The notes below the pieces were generated by a model. That model was not told the origin of the DNA, did no database searches, and saw only the letters and a program-made list of their open reading frames with translations. The translations under genes and the position numbers were made by a program. A stretch of DNA of 64,000 bases. It comes from Heteronotia binoei. Its lineage: Eukaryota. The stretch lies in the NCBI RefSeq assembly GCF_032191835.1, contig NC_083237.1:66464001-66528000 (forward strand), in the 5' to 3' direction. Below are positions 24,046-36,229 of this stretch, one piece after another (positions within the stretch are counted from its first letter, which is position 1; the number at the start of each line of letters is the position of its first letter).

Positions 24046-24889
24046 TGGTGCAAGGAACCTGTTTTAAGTTCTGCTTCAGAGGCTGCTGCTTTCAGAAGTG
24101 AGGTGGGTTGTGATTGAGCAACCCAGTGGTAGCATTTTGTTTATGGAACATTACAGATGAGGAAGGTGCTAACATTGCATCTTTCAGATTGGAAAAATTT
24201 CCAAGGCTTAAAGGAGAGGACCGCTGGTTCAGTGATTTAGAACATTTGCTTTGCATGGTCCCAGATTCCATCCCCGGCATCTCCAAGTAAAAGGGTTAGG
24301 TAGGAGGCAATGTGAAAGACCTCTGCCTGAAATACTAAATAACGTAAATAAATTGACTTTGATAGATCAACTGGAACTCTAAGTTACTCTCTGATGCAGT
24401 TATAATGCAGCTTCACGTGTTAATGTGACTTGGTTACAGCTTCTCATTGCGTCTTGTTTTTTTAGTTTATTGCTTATCTGCCTATGTCTGGCTCTATTTT
24501 ACAGGGTTTTTTATGTTGCTTATAGTCTTTGTGGGTTTTGTATTTTAATGTAACTGAAGATTTTACATGGGAAAAAGATACATAAATGCTGTATTCATGC
24601 AGGGTAATTTGGACACAGACTAGCTGTAATACCAGGCCACCTAGAAACACCCCTTGTTTTTGCTTACTCGGTTCCGTGTAATAACAGGGTTTTGGATAGA
24701 TGTCACCAGGAACATTCTCATCCGTATCATAAACAGGGTGGTGCTGTGGCTCAGTGGTCACGCCTGTGCTTTGTGTGCGGATGATCCTGGGTTCAGTCCC
24801 CGGATCTTTAGCAGCAGCAGGTGCTGGAAAAAACCTTCCTCTGCCTAACATGATGGAAAATCCCTGGCCTGAGTGGCAGCCCTATATGG

Positions 24890-25345
24890 CTGAGGACCTG
24901 CCTACCTTAGGGACCGCCACTCTCCATATGTTCCTCAGAGAGCACTGAGATCTAGTTCCCAAAATCTTTTAAAAATCCCTGGACCAAGGGAGGCCAGACT
25001 GAAAACAATGAGGGAGCAAGCCTTCTCAATAATGGCTCCCCAATGGTGGAATCAACTACCAGAGGAGGTGCGAGCCCTGCGAGACCTGAATCAGTTTCGC
25101 AGGGCTTGCAAAATCGCCCTCTTTCAGCTCGCGTTTAAGATGGAACCCGGTTAATGACATCTAGCCATCCTATACGTATTCTGAATTGTAGCACCTTAAT
25201 TAATAATCTACAATGGTTTAACTGTTTTATTTAACTTTTAACTTAATCTATGAATGTAATTTAACTATATTTTAACTGTTTTTATAGTAATGATTGTATT
25301 TTACTGTAATCATGGTATACACCATGTCCTGTGAGCCACCCTGAG
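24890..25345 (+). mobile_element. L2 LINE 3' fragment
   Basis: GPAYLRDR...WWNQLPEEVRALRDL coding remnant plus 3'UTR. Confidence 0.82.
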
Positions 25346-25914
25346 CCTCCCTTCGGCACAAGCAAATTTATTATTTGCACAAGCAAATTTATTATTATTA
25401 GCTTTCATGTGTTCACCACTGTGGTGGGAGGTAAGGAGGCTGTGCTTGGGTTAGCAATTTGCTTGTGTGCACTGCTTGTAAAATAGATAGAAAGCAGAGT
25501 AGTCTGGGGGCAGGGCATGGCTCAATGGTCAAGCATTTCCTGTGCATACAGAAGGTTCCAGGCTAGATCCCTGGCATTTCCAGTTAAGACTATCAGTTAG
25601 CAGATGATGCCACTGATGTCTGCCTGGCCTCTCAGGAAGCCGCTGCTGGACTAGGCTGAGGGTCTGACTCACTATAAGACGGCTTGTAGTCAGTCATTCC
25701 AGTGCAAGGAACCTGTTTAGCGCTCTGATTCCTACAGCCATGAAGCTTCCTCTAGTTGCGTTCCTGTGTTTTAATTAGTGTAAGAGCTGGTTTGGCTCAT
25801 TCTACCCACCACCTTGTCAGAAGGTGGCAATTCAATTTGTTGGTAAACCTTATTAATATAAATGGGGAAGAGATGGTGGGCTCCTAGATCAGCTGCTTGC
25901 ACTTTCGGTTTTGA

Positions 25915-26115
<201 letters not shown>

Positions 26116-26903
26116 CTTGTGAGCAAAAGGGGGGAGGGAATCTCTCTCGGAGCAGATCCGCAGTTTGCTTTAAGGCTGCCAAAAGCAGAATTTGTCATGT
26201 AACCTCATTACACCGTGACTATACAACCAAAAATATCTGTAAAGGTTTCAAAAAATCTCACTATCAAGTATGAAACAAAATGGCTGGATTGTCTCTGCCA
26301 TGACATTGTGTCTCAGCAGCAGGAAGGAGGCTGGGCTCAGAAAAGGAGACGTAGCCCTTTCTGAGAAGCTGTGGCCTAATTAGTGCTGGCAGTCCGGTCG
26401 CTGCACAGAGATGCACAAGCAAAACAAAAGCAAATAAAACCCAGTTTGTAACCTGGAAAGAACTGCAGCATGTTTACTCAGGGCAGACGGCCTAAAGCAT
26501 TAAATGTTTCCCCATGACTTGTCAATTTCCTGCATCCCTTCTGAGGTTTAACTACTGAGAAGTCCTTCAAAGCAAGGGACTATAAGTACACAGCAGCTCC
26601 ACTTGGTAATTTTCCACTGCTGCTGAGACCATGAAAGGCTTCACTGTCAGTGCATCCAAGGCCCTGCCTGCAAGTCAGAGGCTGCCTCAGGTGTAAAGCA
26701 GGGGCAGAGGTGCGTTTCTTCGTAAATATTTCTTCCTTGTCCCATTTCAGATGCTTACAGTAGGTTGCAAAACATAAATCTGTCTGATTCCATGTAGCCC
26801 CTGTACCTCATTTCATTCTGAACAGACTCACCCTTTGAGCATCCCATGTTTTTAAGTATTACTATAAACTGCCCAGAACCACAAGGAAAGGTGATATAAA
26901 TGC

Positions 26904-26912
26904 TTTAATAAA
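26904..26912. terminator. Overlapping poly(A) signals: AATAAA on + (26907-26912, BECN1) and ATTAAA on - (26909-26904, CNTD1)
   Basis: The sequence TTTAATAAA lies about 50 nt beyond the CNTD1 stop and about 790 nt beyond the BECN1 stop. Another + AATAAA occurs at 26433-26438. Confidence 0.6.
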
Positions 26913-26959
26913 TGTGCATGTGGGAGATTGCAGGACACTGATGGTTACGGAGGAGCCTT

Positions 26960-27067
26960 TTAGCCATCATCAAGAGCGTAGTCCACGCTGTGCTTCAAGA
27001 TTGCATTGACTATCTCAACAATGCTTTGCGTGCTGATGCCGGTGGTGTCGCTGAGGTTCTCGGCAAC
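26960..27067 (-). CDS. CNTD1: CNTD1 last coding exon (VAENLSDTTGISTQSIVEIVNAILKHSVDYALDDG*)
   Basis: 108 nt; AAG acceptor; TAA at 26962-26960; aligns with recalled human VVGHLQSITGIALASIAEFSYAILTH. Confidence 0.88.
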   Translation of the reverse strand, partial: VAENLSDTTGISTQSIVEIVNAILKHSVDYALDDG

Positions 27068-27192
27068 CTTTCAAAAATAAGACAATCAGTGAGTGTGTTT
27101 AAGGGCAGGAAGAAGTTCTGGTGTCTATTTCATTACCTCGGTTACTAGAGCCTACTATAGAACATTGGCCTGAGCAAGAAGGGCACACGTAC

Positions 27193-27289
27193 CCGGCTCC
27201 AGTCTTCAGTGTGGAGCAGAAAAGCACTTGCCCCAATGACTCCCACAGCCAGCAGCATCAGATCTTCTTTCACTGCTGCAAACTTGGCA
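27193..27289 (-). CDS. CNTD1: CNTD1 coding exon 6 (AKFAAVKEDLMLLAVGVIGASAFLLHTEDWSR)
   Basis: 97 nt; TAG acceptor, GTACGT donor. Confidence 0.93.
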
Positions 27290-28761
27290 CTATACGTTTG
27301 AAACAGAGTGTAAAAAGCCTTTTTTCATTTTCCAGCCAACGTAATGGTACATCGTAAAGCATAACTCGTAAACACTTCAACATTGAGTTAATTTGGGCAA
27401 AAGGGTAAGACTATATTCACTGAGCTGATATCTGCTGTCTGAACACCTATTTTCCAGACCTTTCTTTGCAAGCCAGAACCGTGCTTATAGTAGATATTAC
27501 TAAGCACCAAGAGGGCAGAGGTTTAATCATCAGCCTACAGGAACCAAGGCATATTAGAGGGGATTGGAACACTCCGCCCTCAAACTTCTCCGCAACAGCA
27601 AAGAAACCCAGCGTTTTGCCCTTGGGACTTGGTGGCAGTACTAATATATCCTGTCTAGCTAGAATGAATTGAAAAAACCCTCTGGCACTCCACCACCAGA
27701 TCTCCCCTGCAGCACCAGACAAGAGGAAGCAAACATACTGTTTTAATGACTGCTTTGAGATATTTAATGACTGGTTTAGATATATGGGGTTTCATCACTG
27801 AGGAAAGAAGGGGTATCCTTGCTGCTGTTTGTTAATTTCTGCCCTTTTAAATTACTGCAAGGAGTACTTTAGAAACTAAGACGTAAAAAGCCTAAAGGCT
27901 CTAAAACCACTGGCAGGTGGGGAGGGAGCAGTCAGCTGGTCATTGGTTAAAAATGCCCACCAAAGCAGTGCTGCAGTTGCCAATGACCTGGCGGGGGGTT
28001 GCATTCGTCTGGCCATGGCGTATTACGATACAGAATTGTACTTTTGCAGGCGTTGTAAACAACAAGACTTATGAGATGCAGCATGTTTTTATGCTATGAA
28101 CTGATTAAGTGGAAGAAATCCACAAGGGCAGCTTAGAAATGTAATGGATCTAGTAAAGTGATCACTTACTAAGGTGATGTGTGGCTTTCTGTGGTCTGTA
28201 CAGCTTTGTTTTTAAACTGAAAAATTCTATAAAGAGGCACAGCACCGTACCTTTCTATAGTCTAGTCTTGACAGTACTGTTGTTTGGGATCCAGGCATCC
28301 CAATCAATTGTGTGAAGGCTATCTTGTAGGCTCCACCGAGTTGGAAGAATGTATGTGTGGGGGGTTGCAAATGTATTGACTTGCTTCCCCAGCAGCAATG
28401 CTGCATCCAGTATTCAGCTGTATAGCGCCAAGTTGGCAGCACGCTCCATCAAGGCTGCCTATGTACGGGCTAAAAAACACTAGGTGGAGTCCTGTGCAAA
28501 CTTTGCTGTTGCCAGTGCTTCAGTGTCAGACTGTCGCCTTGGAATCAGACTCCAGACCAAACGTCGTACTTGCAAAAGAGACTTCTGTTACGGGGTGCTA
28601 TGCAGAAAAGTGACTCAGATTTTCTTGGTTAGCAAAGAAAATCAAGTTAATACAACCTTAAACAGTAATTTCTGGCCTCGTTCTCCTCCAAGCCCCTCCC
28701 CCAACCCGAAGTTATTTCTTTTTTGCCTTTAGCGTAAATAGTGCTTTTTCCTAAAACTTAC

Positions 28762-28906
28762 AGCTGGAGTTTATTTGGTGACGTGTTTTCAATTGACGCC
28801 TTCAGCAGGGTGCTGTAGATGCTGACGCGCAGGAGGTATGTTAAAGCCAACAGATGTCGGCACATTGTATGCATCTGTTCCGTAGGAAGCAAGCAGCCAT
28901 TGTACC
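28762..28906 (-). CDS. CNTD1: CNTD1 coding exon 5 (G/YNGCLLPTEQMH...SIENTSPNKLQ/L)
   Basis: 145 nt; CAG acceptor, GTAAGT donor. Confidence 0.93.
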
Positions 28907-29800
28907 CTGTCAAGATGGAAAAACAGCTGCATCGCAGAGATACTTCAGGGCAGGGCTTCTTTTTCTGGGAAAAGAAGTGCTGGAACTCTCAAGAGGGAAA
29001 TGAAGGAGAAAACACACGGTGTCCCTCATTAAATATTTTTTGAGAACTGAGTAACCACAAAGAGGTGCTGGAACTCCATTCCGCCACATTCCCCAGGGGA
29101 AAAAAGCCCTGCTTTTTCTCTCCCCATATCTGCCAAGTACTATAAAATTTGTTCTCCTACATCTACCACTTTAAAGTGCAATCCAAACCAGAGTAACACT
29201 TTTCTAAGTCAGCTGACTTCACTGTTAATGCCTTGTTCTTTCAATAATTTGTACAACCCCGCCCCCCCCTTGCAAACCAACCTCAATCCAGTAAGGCAGT
29301 GATCCCCCGTTTGATGCCCAGGGGTGCCATAGCTCATGTTTCCACAGAAAAAACAGCTTCAGGTCACTTCTACAAGCTGTTTTACTGAAGAAACACCAAG
29401 CTCATCCTAGGCAAGTTATCAAGTTTTGAAACTTCTTACTGTTTCTTAAAGTGGAGGGCCCATTCCAGCTTTTCTTTACCTTCTTAGTGCAGGGTATCAG
29501 GGCATGTGTACTGGACTCTAAGGGTTGCCACTGGGATTTATCCTGTGGGGTTCCACCTAGCACAAACCTATTCCACATGCTTTTCAATCTCTAAGTAAAG
29601 CTTTTAGGACAAATCATTTGTAGTTTAAGTGTTGGCTGTATTCAACACGACTGATGATACCCAGTTTCTTATCCAAATCTCTTGGTGATAGAGGTAATGA
29701 GTTGCTGCCTGGCTGTTGTGGTTAATTGGCTAAGAGTGAACAAACTGAAACTAAACCCTGGAATGACAAGTAATGTTGGTTGTTAAGGCGCAGGTCTTGA

Positions 29801-30102
29801 AGGAAAGCCCCATGGCGCAGAGCGGAAAAGCGGCAGTACTGCAGTTGGAGCCCTTTGCTCATGACCTGAGTTCGATCCCAGCAAAAGCTGGTTCAGGTAG
29901 CTGGCTCCAGGTTGACTCAGCTTTCCATCCTTCCGAGGTTGGTAAAATGAGTCCCCAGCTTGCTGGGGGGAAAGTGTAGATGACTGGGGAAGGCAACGGC
30001 AAACCACCCCGTAAAAAGTCTGCCATGAAAACGTGAAAGCAACGTCACCCCAGAGTCGAAAACGACTGGTGCTTGCACAGGGGCTACCTTTACCTTTTTT
30101 AC
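29801..30102 (+). mobile_element. Sauria-type SINE, full length
   Basis: tRNA-like head; body ggggaaggcaacggcaaaccacccc; (ACCTTT)n-like tail. Confidence 0.82.
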
Positions 30103-31297
30103 CTTGAAGGACACCCTGCTTTCAACTTTTAATGGGGTTCAGCTCACCCTTGCTGGCTTGGTTAAGAGTGTAGGGGGTTATTGCTGCTGGAGAAGCAAGT
30201 TAATACACCTCCAACCCACCCACCCCTGTTTCTTTCCACTCAGTGTAGCCTGCAAGAGAGCCCCCTACCTTGACACAGCTGATTGGAATGCCTGGATCCC
30301 AACACCACAGTATTGTCAAGACTAGACTATTGAAATGCACTCTACATTGAACTCAACATGGAGATTCCAGTTGATGCAGAATTCTGCAGCTGGAGAGCAT
30401 ACACATCAACTCCTGCAGACATTCCATTGGCTGCCAATCAGTTACCAGGCTCAATCCAAAATATAACAGCTTTGCTCATTGGGGCAGAGCCTTCTACAGG
30501 TGCCAATCTGCAAATGGGCAAAATCAGTAATTCCTCACGCTTTTTATATTGTGGTTCTGACATTATGAAACGGCTCCTGTGATGAGGCCTGGAAGGTCTG
30601 CGGTCTCTTGGCTTTCTGCAAATTATGCAAACCTGAATTATTCAAGAGGGCCTTTCTAAGTAACTGGACTGCACGTAACAAAATGGTTCAGATAGATATT
30701 TTGGCAAAGGATTACGGACAGTGATCTACACTACCATATATAGCTCATGCTGCCTATTGCTGTGTCATGTTAATACTTATGCTTTGTTTCAGATTTCTGC
30801 CGAGTTCCTCTGCAATCTGCCTTGAGTGCCAGGGAGAAAGGCAGGTTATAACGTACATACATAACAAACAGAAGAACCCCAAAAGAATCCCTTTTGTGTC
30901 TGCAAGCCATGCCCCTTTGGAAGCAGGTGCTTCCATCGTAGGAAGATGCTTGGCTTGGAGCTTCCCAACAGTTAGTCATTGATTTCCAATGCAGCCATTT
31001 TGGGGTGGTTCCTCTGACAGATAGGCAGGCCAGCATAGTGAATGCTTGAGGGGAAAACGATCTGAGGGGAAGTGGCTCATGATATGTGGTTTCTGAGGAA
31101 CTTATATTTACACCTGGAGGATCCTGAGGTTCAAGGAAGGCCAGTCTTTACCTCAAGGGTAAAAGCTTGGCTGTTAACTGTTCTGTACACCCAGGAGTTG
31201 ACACTAAAATAGAATCCTTTGGTTAGCCCAGCAAAAGCTATATGTATCTGTAAATAGCTTTAAGCCTCATTGCTGAACCTCCTTATTTCTTCTATCC

Positions 31298-31426
31298 CAG
31301 GGGTGGCCAACGGTAGCTCTCCAGATGCTTTTTGCCTACAGCTCCCATCAGCCCCAGCCAGCATGGCCAATGGCTGATGGGAGTTGTAGGCAAAAAAACC
31401 CTGGAGATCTACATTGGCCATCCTTG
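31298..31426. mobile_element. Palindromic hAT MITE (CAGGGGTGGCCAACGGTAG...)
   Basis: Long TIRs; 8-bp TSD TTCTATCC at 31290-31297 and 31427-31434. Confidence 0.9.
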
Positions 31427-31728
31427 TTCTATCCCTATTAACGAATAAAAGTTATTCTTAATCCTGTTACCCCAATAATGTAAGAACTGCATTTGGGTTC
31501 AGTCTGTCAATAAAAGGCTGGGGTAGAGACCACCCTGGTTGAACTGCACAACACCATACAACTGTGGAAAACAGCATTTAAAACCTTGACTTTCACAGTG
31601 CCCACTAAAAATTCTAAAAATCCTTAAAATTCTAAAAGAGCTGACAGCCAAAGCCTCCCTGCTGCTCAGGGAAGAGAAACATTTTTACCAAAGCTCACCC
31701 AGGAGTGAATAGCGTTCCTGGCCCTTAC

Positions 31729-31891
31729 CTAAAACCTCCAAAAGCATCTCAGTGTAAGCTAAAGGGGTCGGAACATTGATCTGGAAATGCAGAGCCTTCA
31801 GAATAGCCAGTTCTGATTCTAGCAAGTCCTTGGCAGTATAGGAGAAGCCCATAGACTGAAGGAACTTCAGGACCACAGCATTGCTGACTAT
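31729..31891 (-). CDS. CNTD1: CNTD1 coding exon 4 (IVSNAVVLKFLQSMG...MLLEVL/G)
   Basis: 163 nt; CAG acceptor, GTAAGG donor. Confidence 0.94.
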
Positions 31892-32249
31892 CTGCATGAA
31901 GACAGAAAGGAGCAGATGAGTCTCCAAATGACAATTTGGTTTGCTTGTTCAACTTCACCGTGAACTGACATGAAGAGGGCTTTTGTTGCTGCTTGAAAGA
32001 AGAGCTAAAACCTATAAAAATAAATACTAGTAAATGGATAAAAAGCAAAGAACGCTTTTCTCCTTCTCCCAAAATACTAGAACTTGAGGGCATCCAATAA
32101 AGCTGATGGACAGTAGGTTCAGGACAGACAAAAGGAAATACTACATCCAGATTCAGGTGCGGTATCCGTGTGGCCTGAAGCAGCAGAACAAAGTGAGTCT
32201 AGTGGTGCCTTTTAAGACCAATAAAATTTTATTCAAGGTATAAGCTTTC

Positions 32250-33050
32250 ATAGAGTCGGAATGGACCTCTAGGGTCATCTAGTCCAACCCCCTTCACCAT
32301 GCAGGAAACACAAATACCTCCCCCTAAATGCGCAGGATCTTCATTGCTGTCAGATGGCCATCTAGCCTCTGTTTAAAAACCTCCGAGGAAGGAGAGCCCA
32401 CCACCTCCCGAGGAGGAAGCCTGTTCCACTGAGAAACCGCTCTAAACTCACAAACACCTCCCCCTAAATTCACAAGATCTTCATTGCTGTCAGATGGCCC
32501 TCTAGCCTCTCCTCCAAGGAAGGGGAGCCCACCACCTCCTGAGTTGGAATGGACCTCCAGGGTCATCCAGTCCAACCCCCTGCACAATGCAGGAAACTCA
32601 CAAATACCTCCCCCTAAATTCACAGGATCCTCATTGCTGTCAGATGGCCATCTAGCCTCTGTTTAGAAACCTCCAAGGAAGGAGAGCCCACCACCTCCTG
32701 AGGAGGAAGCCTGTTTCACTGAGGAACCGCTCTAAACTCACAAACACCTCCCCCTAAATTCACAGGATCCTCATTGCTGTCAGATGGCCATCTAGCCTCT
32801 GTTGAAAAACCTCCAAGGAAGGAGAGCCCACCACTTCCCGAGGAAGCCGGTTCCACTGAGGAACCGCTCTAACGGTTCTTCCTAATGTTGAGCCAGAAAC
32901 TCTTTTGATTTAATTTCAACCCATTTGTTCTGGTCCTACCTTCTGGGGTCACGGAAAACAATTCCACACCATCCTCTATATGACAGCTCTTCAAGTACTT
33001 GAAGATGGTGATCATAGCACCTCTCAGCTGCCTCCTCTCTTCATGTGCAA
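32250..33050 (-). mobile_element. CR1 LINE 3' end with several tandem partial duplications
   Basis: Translation ...ITIFKYLKSCHIEDGVELFSVTPEGRTRTNGLKL... is the CR1 ORF2 C-terminus; the ctgtcagatggccatctagcctct block recurs several times. Confidence 0.88.
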
Positions 33051-33815
33051 GCATACTTCCTCAAATACAGTAAAGCAGAATTTCCTCAACTATTACATAT
33101 AGGTGGGGGATTTTGTTCTCTGGAAGGGCTATTTAGAGTCAAGATGCAGAAGTACTGGATGATTATAGCTGAGATTGGATTAAGGTAGTTAGTAAGATCT
33201 GTGAATGGCAATAAAATAGCATACAAAGTTTCGGGGGGGAGGGAATTTGGCTCTTATTGGCAACAGCAATTCCTATGCAGAGTCTAGGAACAAAAGCTGC
33301 AGGATTCCAATTATTGAGGCTGATGAAAAAGAATGCAAAATGGTGTGCAAGTTTGCAGGTTCTGCAGAATTCTTCATCAAGCCGAAAGTTAAAGTGGGGA
33401 GGGGGGAGGATAGATTTCAGGCCCTGATATAAGTCCTCCCATCTACATCCTACGTAGAATGCTAAAGTCTGAATAAATGCAATTATAGTGGGTGGAGGAG
33501 GTGGCACCTTCAAGACAATGTTCAATTCGGTATAAGCAAGAACTGAGAGACTTAACACGTGTACATGTACTTATATCCAAAAATCAAACTGTGTTGGTCT
33601 TAAAGGTGCCACTGGACTCAAACTTAGTTCTCACATCTGTTCTTAACTCCATTATTATCTGTATTGCCAATTGACATATTCCAAACTCAGCTGCATTTAT
33701 TGCTCAGGCATCTTAACTCTAGCTCTTCCCGGCAACTAACCCCTTCCTACTTACATGTAATATTTAAGGAAATCTGTTTCAGTGAATTTGAAGGAGTGTG
33801 CATGTATGGTCTTAC

Positions 33816-33972
33816 ACTGTAGTGGAAGGAAAGTTTGCTGGCTAGCTGGATGCAGGAGATGAGGCGCAGCACACACGTGTCAACCATCTGCTGTCTCGCG
33901 AAGACACAGTTGCTTTCTTTGTCCTCGGCTCCCGTGGAAAAGGAGAACTCCTGAGTAAGTGTAAGCATGAAC
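33816..33972 (-). CDS. CNTD1: CNTD1 coding exon 3 (FMLTLTQEFS...CIQLASKLSFHYS)
   Basis: 157 nt; CAG acceptor, GTAAGA donor. Confidence 0.92.
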
Positions 33973-34328
33973 CTGAAAGGCACAAACAGAAAAGGCTTCC
34001 CAGGAGAAAAGAAAGCAGGTTAACTGCTTCCAGCAGGTAGTTTCAGTAGCTTTCTTCATACCCGTGTCAGCAAGAGGGGGTCCTGAAAGAAAATCGAAGG
34101 TCCTCTGACAAAGCCAATGCATTGAACAGCAATAACACGGGTAGCGTATTTCCTTAGAAACATTTAAATATGTTGGAGCTGTAGGGAAAAACAGGTTTGC
34201 TTTTTTCCTTACAGTATTGCATCTCTTGGCTCTGTCACTGGACTTTCTCTGCTCCACGTTGGGCTCTCGGAGAATCTCTAAACTGATAACTGGGAAGGGG
34301 TAGCTGTGTTAAGTCTTGTGACCTACAA

Positions 34329-34748
34329 TTTATTTATTTATTTATATTAAGATTTATACCCCGCCCTTCTCACCTAAGTGTCTCAGGGCGGCTTACAACA
34401 TAATAATTCAAACACTTCAGTTTAAAACATTTAAAATACAGTTGAACCATAAATTGATAAAAACAAGATAGAATAAAACCGGCGGTCTATAGCTACATTT
34501 TGTTCCATCCAAGATATTTTTCATAGTCAGTTAATGTCATAGGCCTGCCGGAAGAGGGCTGTCTTACAGGCCCTGCGGAATTGCCCTAGATCCCGCAGGG
34601 CCCGCACCTCTTCCGGCAGCTGGTTCCACCAATAAGGTGCCGTTATTGAGAAGGCCCGATCCCTGGTGGATTTTAGCCGGGCCTCCTTTGGCCCGGGGAC
34701 TACCAACAGGTTTTGTGAACCTGAGCGTAGTACTCTCTGGGGAACAAT
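34329..34748 (-). mobile_element. 5'-truncated young L2 LINE
   Basis: Highly similar to 41944-42360; 8-bp TSD ACCTACAA at 34321-34328 and 34749-34756; (AAAT)n tail. Confidence 0.9.
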
Positions 34749-35104
34749 ACCTACAAAAGCCCTTATTGAAATAAATGCTGTCTACATTCAAAGTACCACA
34801 AGATTTTTTCCCCTCTAAACTGATGGTTGTGACTAGTTCACAGTGCTGGAGGTAACCAGTTTCATTAATTTCAAAAAGGGAGGGAGAAAACCTTATGATA
34901 CAAAGGCTCTTGTGTTAAGGCTGATAACTTAGCTTTCATTAAGATTTGCCAGCTCAGGGATGACAGAGAAGGCTAAATTAAAGGTTTATTTATTCATTTT
35001 ATTTACCTTACATTTATATCCTGCCCTCTCCACAAGCGACTCAGGTTATCTTTAAGATAGCCTGGATAGTTCATCACCACTCAAGGAAGGCAGGGAAAAA
35101 ATAC

Positions 35105-35180
35105 CTTTCAAATATTTCAATTGCTTGGTATCTTGCAAATTCAGGCAGGCTCCATTTTTCAGACAAAAGCAGCACGAACT
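35105..35180 (-). CDS. CNTD1: CNTD1 coding exon 2 (E/FVLLLSEKWSLPEFARYQAIEIFE/R)
   Basis: 76 nt after a 91-nt intron; CAG acceptor, GT donor. Confidence 0.92.
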
Positions 35181-35271
35181 CTGCTAAGAAGGAAAAGAGA
35201 TACATGGAGAATCTGAGGACTCATAACCAAAGGCTCTTCCAGCTGAAGACTTTTCCAAGATCTGCTCTCAC

Positions 35272-35443
35272 CCACTATCTGTGTCTCCTTGAAGAAGCCC
35301 ATCTTGTCACACAGCTGTCGTAAACTCCTTTCATTCTCTTTGGCCATTTGCAGCAGAACATCTTCAAGGAGCTCTGGAGCTATCATCCCAAAGACAGGCT
35401 CTGAGGGTTGGTACCTGGCCACCGTCTGTGCTGGCAAACCCAT
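35272..35443 (-). CDS. CNTD1: CNTD1 first coding exon (MGLPAQTV...FFKETQIV/E)
   Basis: 172 nt; GTGAGA donor. ATG chosen by length match to the human protein. A strong acceptor at 35466-35465 suggests an upstream exon. Confidence 0.8.
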
Positions 35444-35556
35444 CTCAAGAGTGCTGCTGACACCCTGAATGGCAAGAAACGACAGCAGGATATGGCTCAC
35501 CTTGACAGCTATCTTGGATGGGGAAGCCCATTTGTTTTTTTTATTTATGGCCCAAC

Positions 35557-36067
35557 GAGGGTTGCCAATCCCCAGGTGGGGGCAGGGGCTCCCCCAGTTT
35601 GGAGGCCCTCCCCCTGCTTCAGGGTCGTCAGAAAGCGGGGAGAGGGGAGGGAAATGTCTGCTGGGAACTCTATTATACCCTATGGAGATTTATTCCCATA
35701 GAAAATCATGGAGAATTGATCCGTGGGTAGCTGGGGCTCGGGGGGGAGGGGCTGTTTTTTGGGGTAGAGGCACCAAATTTTCTGTATAGGATCTAGTACC
35801 TCTCCCCAAAATACCCCCCAAGTTTCAAAAAGATTGGACCAGGGGGTCCAATTCTATGAGCCCCAAAAGAAGGTGCCCCTATCCTTCATTATTTCCTATG
35901 GAAGGAAGGAATTGAAAAGGTGTGCCGTCCCTTTAAATGTGATGGCCAGAACTCCCTTGGAGTTCAATGATGCTTGTCACAGCCTTGTTCCTGGCTCCAC
36001 CCCCAAAGTCTCCTGGCTCCACCCCCAAAGTCCCCAGCTATTTCTTGCATTGGACTTGGCAACCCTA
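35557..36067 (+). mobile_element. hAT non-autonomous element (AGGGTTGCCAA termini, Blackjack-like)
   Basis: TIRs AGGGTTGCCAA / TTGGCAACCCT; perfect 8-bp TSD GGCCCAAC at 35549-35556 and 36068-36075. Confidence 0.9.
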
Positions 36068-36229
36068 GGCCCAACCACAATTCACAAAATTGTTCTCCCT
36101 CTAAATTTTTAACCTCAACCACCCTGCAGTGTAGGTTAGACAAAAAGGAACGTGCAGGGAATTACAGCTATGTTGTTTGCTTAGTAAAGAGTAATTCCCA
36201 TCAGTTATTGCTTTTATACAATGGACTTG

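Larger units (their letters stand above)
26960..35443 (-). other. CNTD1: CNTD1 gene span, start to stop codon (cyclin N-terminal domain-containing 1, meiotic crossover factor; 7 coding exons, 918 nt, about 305 aa)
   Basis: Exon translations (EFVLLLSEKW, LRLISCIQLASKLS, LLESELAILKALHFQINVPTPLAY, GYNGCLLP, VKEDLMLLAVGVIGASAF) align with recalled human CNTD1; position is syntenic. Confidence 0.93.

Noticed and set aside
35444-35500. Upstream in-frame start at 35500 for CNTD1 (MSHILL...)
   Set aside because: It lies upstream of a strong acceptor at 35466-35465, so it is probably intronic; the ATG at 35443 matches orthologue length.
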